A DNA stretch of 64,000 bases from positions 89,896,128 through 89,960,127 of the forward strand of contig NC_057718.1 of the NCBI RefSeq assembly GCF_004010195.1, read 5' to 3'. Position 1 is the first letter of the stretch. Each line of letters starts with the position of its first letter. The position numbers were made by a program, and so were the translations under genes. The DNA comes from Chiloscyllium plagiosum. Its lineage: Eukaryota. Of this stretch, positions 1 through 12,039 are shown in pieces. The notes under the pieces are model-generated. The model saw only the letters and a list, made by a program, of their open reading frames with translations. It ran no database searches and was not told the origin of the DNA.

Positions 1-128
1 GGAGAGACGGGGGCAAGGTGGTGGAGGAGAGATGGGATTGGGGGGGCCGGGTGGTGGAGGAGAGACGGGACTGCGGAGGGGGCCAGGATGGTGGAGGAGA
101 GACGGGACTGCGCGGGGGGGCCAGGATG
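1..128. repeat. G-rich imperfect tandem repeat (about 33-37 bp unit), probably near the start of MEMO1 intron 1
   Basis: Repeated ggtggtggaggagagacgggactgcgggggg-like units, running off the window edge. Confidence 0.8.
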
Positions 129-699
129 GCAAGAGGCAGGGCAGGCCCTTGGATCACTTTGGCAAAGAGCATAAGGTTATGGGTTAGTGTGACCGGATTG
201 TCATCTTAATGTAATAGAGAGCTGACATAAGGGTAGGGGTGGGTTATTTTTGGGGAAGATGGGTTATGGATGTGTTATTTGAGGGAAGAGTGACAGGATA
301 TGAATATGTGCAAATGACAGGAGAGGAACGTGGTGGATTTGTGGGGAATGAAGAACAGGAATGGCGTGTGGATGGGTTAATGAGGGGTGAGAGGGTAAAG
401 ATGTGGGTATGCTCCATCAGTTTAACTAAATTAGTTGGGTGTGTATTGCTGACGTAAAGGGTCACTGGTAATAATACAAGAGCAATATAGACATCACTGT
501 AGGTTGTGATGTTGTTTTGGATGGAACATGGGAGATTGGCCGGGTAATGGGCAGGCATGGCACTTGAGGGGTTGGTTTAATGAGAATGACAGGGTGGAGA
601 TGTGAGTAAAAAGGGCAGTTTGAACATAGCAGGGATATAGCATTGAGTAAGTGGAGACTTATGTCTATTGTCCTCTGTGTTTGGGGCAATGAAAACTCA

Positions 700-795
700 C
701 CCTGATGAAGGAAGGCCGAAACGTCGGTTCCCCTGCTCCTCGGATGCTGCCTGACCTGCTGTGCTTTTCCAGCAGCACGCTCTTGGCATTGAAAA
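700..795 (+). mobile_element. Short Penelope-terminus-derived element with degenerate hammerhead core
   Basis: CTGATGA...GAAACGTC at 702-725 followed by the family body cctgctcctcggatgctgcctgacctgctgtgcttttccagc. Confidence 0.75.
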
Positions 796-1521
796 CTCAT
801 GTAGGGTGGTGCATGTGGTGTGATATTGTCAGTGGGGATGAGGTTTGACCAGTGTAACTAGATTTGGGTGGCTTATAGGTGTACTGGTGGGTTACAGAAG
901 GAATAGCAGGAGCAGAGTTTTCTGAAACGTCAAGGAGTGATGTACATGGGAGAAGACATCGCCTGGTTGGGGCTGGGGAAAAGCAGAGAACAAGAGTGTG
1001 GATGCTGAAGATTTGAAACAAACGGCTGGAGAAAGTCTGCAGGTCTGACAACATTTCAAGTCCAGTGACCTTTCCTTAAAACTCATAGCAGCTCAGGAAA
1101 GGCGGTATGTGTCCGGAAAAGGTTATACGAAAAAAGAAGCTTTACAGGATGCTGGGGAAGAGAATAGAGGTTGGTGACTGTATTGGACAAAGTTGAGGCA
1201 GTGAGGTTGGCTCAATGTTATTGAAACATAGATTTTTTTTTTCCATCATGTACATTATCTAATGTTTCTGGAAGGAGGGACTTGTTCAAAGTTTTTTTTC
1301 TTGCAGTTGTTGTGAATGTGAAATTTTCTTGCAGTTGTTTTGAATGTCAAAGTGTAGATGAGAAAGTCACCTGCCCTTTTCTCCTGTTGTTATAAATGGT
1401 TATCATTTAAATGTTCTCTTTCCTCTCATCAAATCAGTGCTGGCATCAAAGTAGTAGATTCCGGATTAGTGGTGCTGAAAGAGCACAGCAGGTCAGGCAG
1501 CATCCAAGGAGCTTCGAAATC

Positions 1522-1549
1522 GACGTTTCGGGCAAAAGCCCTTCATCAG
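1522..1549 (-). ncRNA. Minimal hammerhead ribozyme motif
   Basis: Minus strand CUGAUGA-A-GGGC-UUUU-GCCC-GAAA-CG-UC: intact core, stem II and ACGU palindrome in place of stem III. Confidence 0.75.
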
Positions 1550-1562
1550 GAATCGAGGTTTC

Positions 1563-1590
1563 CTGACGAAGGGTTTTTGCCCGAAACGTT
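1563..1590 (+). ncRNA. Minimal hammerhead ribozyme motif
   Basis: CUGACGA-A-GGGU-UUUU-GCCC-GAAA-CG-UU. Confidence 0.7.
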
Positions 1591-4500
1591 GATTTCGAAG
1601 CTCCTTAGATGCTGCCTGAACTGCTGTGCTCTTCCAGCACCACTAATCCAGAATCTGGTTTCCAGCATCTGCAGTCATTGTTTTTACATCAAAGAAGTAG
1701 GGTTGGGGGTCAGAAAGTGCCAGGGAGTATGCGAAAATATCTGATGCACATATCAGTGGGAGGATGCTGTACAGTGGCTTAGTACGCTAGCCTTCACTTT
1801 GCCTGACCCAGCCCAAACAGAAGGGATGATGGCTTTTTCCTTTGTTTTCGGATTGGAAGGGACTTGGCAGTAAATTTGCCTTCACATGTATTAAATTTTG
1901 TGGTTGGCTTTGGAATAGAGACAGTCAAAGGAGCTTTCGTCTATTCCATATTTTACTTGTTCTGATCTGGGAATGTAACACAATGGCTAGTTGCCTAAAT
2001 GGTATCGTATTCCCATGTGCATAAATTCCTTTGCCTAATGAAATGAATGAGCACAAACGTACAAAGGAAGGGGAAGTTAATATGTAAACATTGGGTTGAC
2101 AGTGGAGGGAAGTCAGTTTGCCTATGATCAGTGAGAGTTGGGGTGTTTCCGTATGGGAGTACTTTGTGTAACTGGGTGTTGAAAGACAGCATGGATCTGA
2201 ATGGTAATTATTTCAGGTTTGAAAGAATTAAACCCAAATTTACTATCTCTTCTCCCCCCCCCCCCCCCCCCACTTTATCGTGAGTAGTTACACGAAAACA
2301 TAAATGGTAATGCAAGCAATGTCAGGGAGTTTGTGCTGTGTTATGGAATTTTGCATGGGACCATGTTGTTTTCGGAGCCAGTCTAGTGTTTAGCCGAAAT
2401 TGTGTTTTCAGGGCCAGTTTAGTGTTTTGCTTTATTTCTGACCCTTATCGCTAGGACTGAATGAGAGAATTTGATTCTCTTACTTCAATTTTTACTGAAG
2501 TCTTCAGTGCTGCATTGACAGGTTATTTAGAAAAAGGGAGCGGGAGGAAGCCAAATAGCCCTTTTGAACTTGCTGCTTTTGTTACCTGGTGAGGCTGTGT
2601 CCATGGGAAGGACATTGTACATTTATATTGGCAATGTTTAACGCAAACAGTAAAGCCAGTTGTTATTGCGCGGTGTGGCTCCATTCATTATCTCTCTGCC
2701 TGATGAAGCTCCCTGAATGTGTGCTTAATCCCATTGACATGTCAGTAGTTTGGAAATACAAGTTTATAGATGACTCCTGTTGCAAAATGTCAGTGATGAA
2801 TTCATTCCCATAATGTGTTGGCTATTAATAAAAACTCTTTGCCATTTCTTGCAGCAAGGAAGTTGCTGATTTTGAGCTGCTCAATGGTTTTGATACCCCG
2901 GTGTTTGTATTGCAGCGCCACTAAGTGGTATCTCTTTTTAACTCTGGTAATTCTAAGAACTTGTTGGAATACAGATAGAAATTCAAACTCTTGTGATTTC
3001 TTCACTCAGTTTGGTTGGGTGAACTTGAATTGTTTTACAGCTCTTCCAGTTACCGATCAAAGAACCTTTGAACACCTCAACTCATAACAAGGAGATGGGA
3101 GGTTGTTTTTAAAATTGCTCAGTTCTGCCAACCAGCTGCTGTCTGTTATTTTAAAGCATGATTTCCAAACGACAGTTCCTTTGAGCCTCGTGGTCAGTGC
3201 CAAGTAAACACAGGTCTATTTGTGTTACTTTCTGTTCTGAACTGTTTGAGTTCAGTGGGCCAGGAAGTTTAGTAAAGGGCTTTTCTGTCGCCCTGTGTCA
3301 GATAAATGCTGAATCAGAATTCCAGGACCAGTTCCAGTTAACAACTTGAGATATATGTGAGTTAATTAACATTCCAGGTAAACAACATAGATTTGTTCTA
3401 ACCCTATCAGGAGGCTGCTAATCTATGCTGTATACCAAATCCCAAATTTTCACATCTTTTTGAAGGATAAAGGAATAAGATGATTGTGTTTTACCATGAA
3501 GTGACCCTATGACCCATTGAACAATACAAATTCAAGATTACATAAAGCTGAATTACATGGTAACACTCTAACTGGAACTGCTGACTCCCCTCTTGTGAGA
3601 GAATTCCTCACATGAATGACCTTTTAAAGAAAAAAAAGATTGAATGAAATATTCACTCTTCTTTCCTAATAGTCTGGCAGTCGAGTTGACCAAACTCTTG
3701 GCTGAGAGAGAGATAATTGAGAAAGGATCATGTGGAATATCTGAGGGCTTAATTGGAATTGAAAATGTTAATCCTGAATGCTGTTATTAAATTAAAAAAT
3801 TTATGACCGAGCCCGATAGATTGTGAATTAAAGTATTAAGGAACATAGAACTGCAACTGTTGATCTAATTGAATTATGAAACAAGCTCTAGGGTTCCCTC
3901 AGTTAAACTATGCCTTTGATGACAAATGACAAGAGGGCAAATTGCTTATATGGGAGTTCAGGATTGATGTCAAGAAGCATGTCTGAGTGATCTGTAACTA
4001 GAATTATCTTCAAGGTGGAGGGTTGCAACAAAACCCATGGAAAATATACTGTGAAGTCATGGAGGTGAACTGTAGGTTTCTATAGGAAGCATCAGCTAGA
4101 TGGACTGAATGGGTGTTGCTGCCATTTTTAATGATTTCTGAGGTGCAAAGATCCTTATTGATTGCAGTGATGTTCACAGATATCTGTCCTAAATTGGAAG
4201 CAGTGTTTGGGTTTAGCAGTATCAGCTACAATTTGTTTTGTTTCAACAATTTGTTCTCTTTCTACTGTGTTGTGAGAAATATAAAGAGATGTACTTTTCT
4301 ACAAAGTGTCCCCAGCAAGAACAAGGGATACTTTTGAATATTGGCTAATGCCATTATTTTAAAATGGCGTTCAAAGAAGTAATTGTCTAAATCATTTGTA
4401 GCCTGCAATTCCTTGAATTTTATAACATCTTAGTCTGATATTAATCTTTCATTTTCAAACAGTTGATCTTAATGTTTTTAAATATGCATTGTTTCTCATA

Positions 4501-4943
4501 AGCATTTTTGGATTTATTTGTGCAGTTTAGAATCCCAGTCTCCTAATCCCATCTGTCCTATTCTGTCTGCATACCAGCTTAGAAATCACAGATAATAATG
4601 AGCTTATTTCTTTTGTGATGACATGGGGACAGACAGCTAAACCTAATCAGCCTTTGTACCTCTGTGTTTGCAACATAGTAAAATTAAGCTGTTGAAGACC
4701 CCTGAATAGTCACTCCAATGGTTCAAAACCAGAGTTTTGATTAACCAATCCCAGACTTTGCGAATAATTTCCAGATTCTGGTTTTGTACATTAAGCAAAA
4801 GATTTAATCATTTATTAGATCCACAATTTCTTTTTAACAGAAAATTAAACAATATGTTAAGCTGATTAAATCTGTGTTTTCAACTCGATATCTGTTTTCA
4901 GCTCCATTCTCTCAAATGACACTCAGCCAAACAATCACAAATA

Positions 4944-5701
4944 AGAAATCTCACAACACCAGGTTATAGTCTAACAGGTTTAATTGGAAGCACACTAGCT
5001 TTCGGAGCGACGCTCCTTCATCAGGTGATTGTGGAGGGCTCGATTGTAACACAGAATTTATAGCAAAAATTTGCAGTGTGATGTAACTGAAATTATACAT
5101 TGAAAAATTGATTGTCTGTTAAGCCTTTTATCTGTTAGAATACAGTGATAGTTTCAATTCTTTCATGTGTAAATCACATGAAAGAACCTTGGGTTCATGT
5201 CACATTATGGGTGATCACCATTGCACTACACACACACACAGATATTCCTACACATACATACTGACACAGGTACACACAGACGCACACACAAACACACATG
5301 CACCCCCTCACAGACTAAGACACTCTGCACTCACTACACGCGTGCGTGCGCACATACACACACACACACACTTTCTCACACTCTCAACCCCCACCCTAGA
5401 CAGACTAAGACCCACATGCACACATATTTTGTGGGGTGAATTTGTACTTGCAGAGTTACATTGCACTTTACTCAAAAACTGCATACATTCATATAGAACT
5501 CTGAGCTCAAAAACTGCATGAATTTATGTAAAACTCTGTTATCTCATTTTTTAGATTAGAATCAATCTAAACATCAGGTCATAGACAGAGAACTCAGGGG
5601 GCTAACACCTTCAACATATTGTCTAGCTGTCACCATTGTTAACAGCTAACCCGAGAATGCAACTTTAAAAAAACGGGTTTTGTGATTTACACATGAAAGA
5701 A
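4944..5701. mobile_element. Penelope-like element 3' terminal region with an internal inversion and CA-rich tract
   Basis: Hammerhead-bearing terminus on the minus strand (same family as 56067-56247); 5158-5177 is the reverse complement of 5682-5701. Confidence 0.7.
4993..5027 (-). ncRNA. Minimal hammerhead ribozyme motif, second family
   Basis: Minus strand CAC-CUGAUGA-A-GGAGC-GUC-GCUCC-GAAA-GC-UA-GUG: CAC/GUG stem I, 5-bp stem II, AGCU palindrome. Confidence 0.75.
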
Positions 5702-6034
5702 TCCACATCCCAAAACTAATCTTTAGTTCGTAATTCCCAGAATAAAATAAAAGCAATGAAAAATCAGTGGGGGCTTTGACACTAAATAATCTGACAATCC
5801 CATTGTTTTCAAATCTTTCTCTGGCCTCTTCAAGCCTTACACCATTCAAGATCTCATGTTCTTCCAATCTTAGCCTCCTGCATGTCCCCAGTTATCCTTG
5901 TTTCAGTCATTGGTGGATACCTAAAGGCAGCCTACTGCTGTAAAGATGTAAATGGACGATGAGAGCGGTATTAAACAATGACTAAAAGATCAGTCAATCG
6001 AAGTGGCTTTTAATGAGGCTATAAGAAGAATGAG

Positions 6035-6232
6035 CTGAAAATGTGTTGCTGGAAAAGCGCAGCAGGTCAGGCAGCATCCAAGGAGCAGGAGAATCGACAG
6101 GACTGCCATTCCTGAAGAAGGGCTCATGCCCGAAACGTCGATTCTCCTGTTCCCTGGATGCTGCCTGACCTGTGCTTTTCCAGCAACACATTTTCAGCTC
6201 TGATCTCCAGCATCTGCAGACCTCACCTTCTC
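6035..6232. mobile_element. Palindromic Penelope-derived element with 16-bp flanking direct repeat
   Basis: ctataagaagaatgag at 6019-6034 and 6233-6248; inverted arms gagctgaaaatgtgttgctggaaaag / cttttccagcaacacattttcagctc. Confidence 0.85.
6112..6139 (+). ncRNA. Minimal hammerhead ribozyme motif
   Basis: CUGAAGA-A-GGGC-UCAU-GCCC-GAAA-CG-UC. Confidence 0.75.
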
Positions 6233-6473
6233 CTATAAGAAGAATGAGGAAAGGTATTGAAAATGTACCAAAGTATCAAGTACAGAATAGGGATATGCAA
6301 GTGTCAGAGGAACAGGGTGTTCTTAGCCTAGCTGGTATGCATTTGGGTTTGCTGAATAGAAAAGGTTTGAAGTTGGAGAAGGAGCAAAATTTCATAAGAG
6401 GGTCTATTTGAAATCTGCAGCTTGAGCTAATGAGCAAGATTTTTTTTTAAACTTCACCATTGTCTCTTTTCAG

Positions 6474-6555
6474 GAGCTCAATTGAACGCACAATTAGAAA
6501 ACTGGCTCGCCCAAGCACAACCCACTGGGAGGCCAGCTCGAGCCATCATTGCACC
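6474..6555 (+). CDS. MEMO1: MEMO1 coding exon (second coding exon; the first is upstream of the window)
   Basis: tttcAG acceptor, GTAAG donor; 82 nt; translates (G)[27 protein letters not shown], matching recalled vertebrate MEMO1 GPQLNAQLEGWL...RPARAIIAP. Confidence 0.96.
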
Positions 6556-6726
6556 GTAAGTCCATCTATTAAAACAAGTCAACAGAGCCTTTTAGAGTGA
6601 CATGTTTAACGGTAAACTCACTCACCTCTCTTTTTCAACCAGTTATGCACAACCTGTTTGCTTTAAGTGTAAAGAAATGATCTTGATCGTAATGCACCTT
6701 TCCACGTAGATCAGACATTAAAGAAG

Positions 6727-6900
6727 ATCATAGAATCCTTAGTGTGGAACCAGGCCCTTCAATCCAGCAAGTCCACACCCAACCCTCCAAAGAGTATCCC
6801 ACCTGAACCCATTCCCCTACCCTATTACTCGACATTTGCCCCTAACTAACACATCCCTGAACACCGGGCAATTTAACATGACCAGTTCACCTAACATGCA
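6727..6900 (-). mobile_element. HE1-type V-SINE 3' fragment
   Basis: Tail atcatagaatcc...gtgtggaac and catccctgaacac...ggcaattta unit, shared with the copies at 58950 and 63265. Confidence 0.7.
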
Positions 6901-7654
6901 CGGGGTTTTCTTCTATGTTTCAATTCCACTCACTTAAGAGGATAGGTAAATGTGCATCAAAACTGTAGAAGTGCCAAGTTTTGTTTTGGTAAAGAGAGTT
7001 AGCCCTCTTTGAATACAGGTTAGGTATTCTTCCGAAAATCAAAAAGACCTAAACACCGGAAGGTCTTTTTGAAAATGAACCCAATCAGACCTGTGGACAC
7101 ACTGGTTCTGGGTCCTTTGGGGCAAAATAACTTAATTTGTCCCCAATGGAACGAAACCTTTTTGTCCCCTGCAGAGGCTCAAACTCAACATATCTCCTGG
7201 TCTGTTCAGAGCGTTCCTGGGGAAAATTAGCTTTGCTTTTGGCTAGCTCTGTTCGAGCTGGCCAAAGATCTTTTTTTCTCCGTCCCCTCCCCTTCCCTCC
7301 CCTCCCTGGCCTGAATAGACCTTTCTGTGTATCTGAAAGCTGCAAGTACCTTTTGTCCAAAAAATAGTTGGTGCTGAGGTTTTGGGATAAAGCTTTCCTG
7401 ACCCAGTACCACTGTGACTTTTGCAGCCATCTGAATGGAAAGGTGGAACCTTGCTTTTACACCTCGTTGAGAGACAGATGTGGATCGTTTACTTTGCCTT
7501 ATGTGACATGTATCTGGGATGTTTACTGCTCTGCATTCATACTTGAAACAGTATGGCATGACATTTGAATGATTAAATTTCAGTTTTGTCAAAATTTTGT
7601 TTGAGCGTGACTTGCTTTGTCAGTTGTGATGGTATGTTGGTGGAAATGTCAGCC

Positions 7655-8080
7655 TTGGTTCAGTAGTAACACAGTTGTCCCTTAAAGTAGAAGGTTGTGG
7701 CTTCAATTCCACATGAGAAACACGATTGTGCAGTGCAAGTGGATGCTCCAGTACAATATTGAGGGAGTGCTGTTTTGTGGAGAATACCATGTTTTGAGTT
7801 CAGTTTTGGACCAAATCTCTGACTCATTCCTGGATGGGTATTAAAGATTCTGTGGTCCACTTCAAAGAGAACGGGGAATTCTTTCCATGTCCTGACCAAC
7901 TTTTATCCCTCAACCAATATCTCTGGTTGTTAAATGTCATTGCAGTTTATGGGCATTTGCTGTGTGCAAATTGTTTGCCTCATTTCCCTTCTTTACAGCA
8001 ATGACTAAACTTAGAAAGTACTTCATGGAGTGTGAAGTGCCTTGTGAAAGTAATGATGTAAACGACAGTTTGTTTGATTA
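7655..8080 (+). mobile_element. Deu-domain SINE (SacSINE1/AmnSINE1-like), diverged
   Basis: tRNA-like head; gtcctgaccaac..ttatccctcaaccaa and tgctgtgtgcaaattg motifs; tail aaagtacttcat. Confidence 0.6.
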
Positions 8081-8859
8081 TGATTAAGGTAGCTATTTAA
8101 CTAGCTGCTTCAGTTCTCTGTTACCAATCAAGTAAGTGCTCTATGACAGCAACTATATTCCCCAGTCTTAGCTTGAATTTGAACTTGAACCTTTTGCACA
8201 TAAAAGCATCGTCTCGTCAATTTATTAATTGATGTAGAGGCATCTTTGACCAAGGGAAAAGCTGTTCACAACTCTGGGCCTACAAAAATATTATTGATTC
8301 GCATATTATCGTTAAAATGTTGTTTTTGGAGGGTTAATGCAAAATTGTGTCAAGATTATGCTGGTGCCTGAACATGGAGATGGTGTGAACCATTTGCCTT
8401 GCCTTATGTGACATCCACTTGGGATATTTGCTGCGCTCCATTCATATCTGAAGCAGGTGGTCACATGCAGGCAGCGGTATATTTTTGGAGAGTTTGTCTT
8501 TCAGGCGAGCCTCTGTCCATGAGTGTGTCAAAGAGCCAATGGCACTACTTGAGAAAGATTTAGATTTTTTCCGAGTGCCCTGGTCACCATTCCTCCCTCA
8601 GTCAAAACTATCATGATCTCCCCCACTCGGGAGAGCAGTAAGTCCATTGGAGCAGCATTAGTTGTAAGTTCCACTGCAGGTCATGCTATCACCACTGGGA
8701 CAGATAACACTGCTGATTCAACGTTACTGAGCTTAACTCCTGGAACTATCTATCTTGGGAGTACCACCACCCCCAACACATGTTGGAGTAGTTGTGGAGG
8801 GTTGCTTACCAGCATCATCTTGAACAACTGCTCTCAATTTATTTATTTAATATATTCAG

Positions 8860-9310
8860 TGACTTTGGTCTCCACTGCCTTCTATGATAGAGAATTCCAC
8901 AGGTTCACCATCCTCTGTGTGAAGAAATCTCATCTGTCCAAAATGGCCTACTACATATCGTGAGACTATGACCATTTGTTCTGGAGTCCCGAGCCAAGGA
9001 TAACATCATCACTGGATCCAATCTGTCCAGCCTGTGAGAATTGTTTATATGTTTCAATGAAATCCCTTCACTTCCTCTTAAACTCAAGTGAATACAGGTC
9101 AAGTTGACCCAATAATTCCTCACAAAATAAACAAACTCTCCCAGAAATCAGTCTTTTGAACTGATAACTGCATTCCCATTATGGCAAGAAGGTATTTTCT
9201 TGGGTAAAACTGCACGCAATACTTACTCCAGGAGTTGTCTTACTGAGGCCTTATACAGCTGCAGTAAAAAGGCTTGATTTCTTATCAATCCTCTTACAAT
9301 TCCTGGCAAT
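8860..9310 (-). mobile_element. Old CR1-type LINE 3' fragment
   Basis: agaattccacaggttcaccatcctctgtgtgaagaaat motif; minus-strand remnant LLQLYKASVRQLLE. Confidence 0.7.
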
Positions 9311-10944
9311 GTAGAGGCTTTCTGAATTTTCAAATATATTTGCTTCTCCTTATTGAGAGGGGGCTTTGAAAAAAGATTATTGAGATTATATTTGGCTGTG
9401 AGTCTTGGTTTTTTTTCCATATCTTAAATTGCAAGGTTGAAGCCTCAGCAGAAAGATCTACACAGGTTGACTTAACATTTAATTCAGCCCCAGCCATTTG
9501 ATCTTTGAATACTTTATTATAGCCTTTATGTTTTTTCTTTTAAAAATTATCTCACTATGCGACAAGTAACCAAACGTAGGTAAACAGGTAAGATCAGTGA
9601 TGGTATAGTGTAAGGAAGTCCCTTACCTGGTACTCATCTGTCTTTTTCCATACATATTTATTTGCTAATTTTTTCTGGGAACAGGAGGTTTTGAAGTTTG
9701 ACTTACTTTGTCAAATTTTGGATTGCAACCTTCCAGAGCTATTCCTCTCATGTCTCTGCTAATTCTTGGACAGCCAATTCTCCACCCCATGGATTTCTTA
9801 TCTGTATTCTGTCTGAAATAGTTATCTTGTTGTCCAGTAATGCATGCATCTGACCTGAGCACAAAGTAGTTGATCAGTCATTACACCTCCTATGTAAAAT
9901 ATGTATTTAACCTTTCTTCTTTCTCTTGCTAACAGCTTCAAATTGATTTATTGACTTCCCCACCGAGAAAAAATAGTCTTTTGCTTTGGAGCTGTCAAAA
10001 TCTGACACCTTTCATCAGAATTGCCAACACTTTTGTTATGCAATATAGGTTGAGTAATATTATATTTTGCATCATCCTCGACCTACCACCAAATAGTATC
10101 TTTATTATTTGAAGCTTTCTTTCCCCCTTTCATGTACAAAATGTAGGTGTTTGTCCCAGGATTATATTGATTGGGTTGTCACAAACTCAAAATTGGCCTG
10201 AACATGGTACAATTTGTCTCCTGACATCTGCTTTTTAAAATATACATTTAAAATGTGATGCACTTAACGCATTTTATCATCTTGAGTGAATTACTTAGCC
10301 TGAGAAATTAATTGGACAGCAGTGATGCGGGGGGAGGTGCCTGCACTGCGTGCCAGTCAGCACAAAAGTGCGGTGTGATGCCACAGGTGTAATGCTGCAA
10401 CCATTTAAAAATGATTAAAAATCTACCTGTTGTGTAAGAGTGAGCATTACGCTGAGACAATGCAATGATCATCCCTAGGAGTGGTCTCTTTTGCCATGTG
10501 TGCATTTTCGCTGCAAACTTTATCCTTTCTCAAGTTTTCAAACCTGATTGTTGCCATGTGTCATGGCCATAAGAATATAGAGAAATAAATTCAACTAAAA
10601 TACATTTCATGGCAATTCTTTGGAAAGTTACATTTGAATTTCTCATCCACTCAGTAATTGCCTGACCTTACCCTCCATCAATCGTGGCTCTGTAATTGCT
10701 GCCAAAAGGTACCCAAGGAAAGCCCCCTTCTGAATCCTTCCAATTCTCCTTCCCTGTCTGCCAGTCAGTGCTTAGTTTCTGGTTGGAAACATGCCCTTTC
10801 ATATGTTGCTGGTTTAAAGCCAAGTCCTAACATTGTCTGATTCAGGATGTTCAAGATGTTCTGCTGGCTGTGGATATGTTGATTAGGTCTGCATAGGTTT
10901 TGTGTGGGATTTTAGTGTTTATGCTAACCTTTTGTTTCCTTTAG

Positions 10945-11013
10945 TCATGCAGGATACACGTATTGTGGATCTTGTGCTGCTCATGCTTACAAGCAAGTGG
11001 ATCCATCAATCAC
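10945..11013 (+). CDS. MEMO1: MEMO1 coding exon
   Basis: tttAG/GTAAG; 69 nt; HAGYTYCGSCAAHAYKQVDPSIT; phase 2 continues from the previous exon. Confidence 0.98.
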
Positions 11014-11189
11014 GTAAGTGAATCATAAATACTGGAGCTTCTCTTCTGGTAAATATCACCTTAACCAAGGTTGATTTGGAAGGAGGAATTGAGCAGAATT
11101 GGGTCATTGGAACCATTAAATGATGGAAGTCTTCCTGCATATTAGGTTTGTGACCAGAAGTGAAGACTGAGTGATTCATTGGCCAGCAA

Positions 11190-12035
11190 TAGCATGGATG
11201 CCATCATGCAAGGGATGGAAAGTAGTGAACCGTAGTAGAGGTTTCTTTGCTGGCTGAATAGTCCAATCCTGGGGCTAGAGACTCAGTTACAGATGCTGAG
11301 GTTGGTTGTTGAGATGCTGTGGATTTGGTATCCTCTCTCCGCTGCTTGTATTGATCCCCATGCGCTCCATCCAAAGGGGTTGGCCCCTTCACGGATGCTG
11401 CTTCTCCATTTTGTGCGTTCTAGGACAAGTGGTTCCCATATAGCAGGGATTTTGCATTTTTCAAAACATCCTTGTAGTGTTTCCCCTGCATTCCTAATAA
11501 TTGTTAACTATCCTGGAGCTCGGATTAGAGCACTTGTTCAGGGAGTCACGAATCGGATGTGTGAATAATGTGACCCACCGGTTACAGCTAGTGAGTGACC
11601 ACTGCTTCAATACTGGTATATTATCCTGGGAGAGGATACTTGTTGATATGCTTGCTTTGCTAGTGGATTTGCAGGATTTTGTGAAGATGATACTGGTGAT
11701 AACACTCCAGAGATTTGAGAGACTGCTGTACACGGTTCATGTTTCTGATGTATACAAGGGGTTGAGGTCCACGGCTGCTTTGCAGATCTTGAGCTTGGCG
11801 CTGGACTTGTCTCGGGCCTTCAAGCAGTTTCCTCAGGAAATCAAAAGTTGCACTTGCTCAGAAGTTCGGGTTAATTGTCAGTCTCTGCTCACACTGAGGA
11901 GACCCCTGAGGTAAGGGAAATGATCCATGTTGTCCAACGGCTCACTGTGGATTTTGACAGTTGGAGGGGTATTGTTGTTTGTTTTCTGGCTGTTTAGCCT
12001 GAGGCCTGTTCTCTCCACACATCAGAAAGCTTTCT
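11190..12035 (-). mobile_element. RTE-clade LINE, 3' part (decayed)
   Basis: Minus-strand peptide remnants such as LYTSET-TVYS, SILSQDNIP and RTKWRSSIREGA, typical of the RTE ORF C-terminus. Confidence 0.75.
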
Positions 12036-12039
12036 GATT

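Larger units (their letters stand above)
1458..1686. mobile_element. Palindromic non-autonomous Penelope-derived element
   Basis: About 95-bp inverted arms around 1555; flanking direct repeats catcaaagtagtag (1444-1457) and catcaaagaagtag (1687-1700). Confidence 0.85.

Noticed and set aside
2600..3300. Repeat-free stretches resembling conserved non-coding elements (also about 38880-39700)
   Set aside because: An impression only; cannot be supported without alignments.
5165..5521. His/Thr-rich ORFs
   Set aside because: Translation of a CA-rich tract within a mobile element.
1..6473. First MEMO1 coding exon
   Set aside because: I found no sequence encoding the expected N-terminus (REASHAGSWY); it is presumed upstream.
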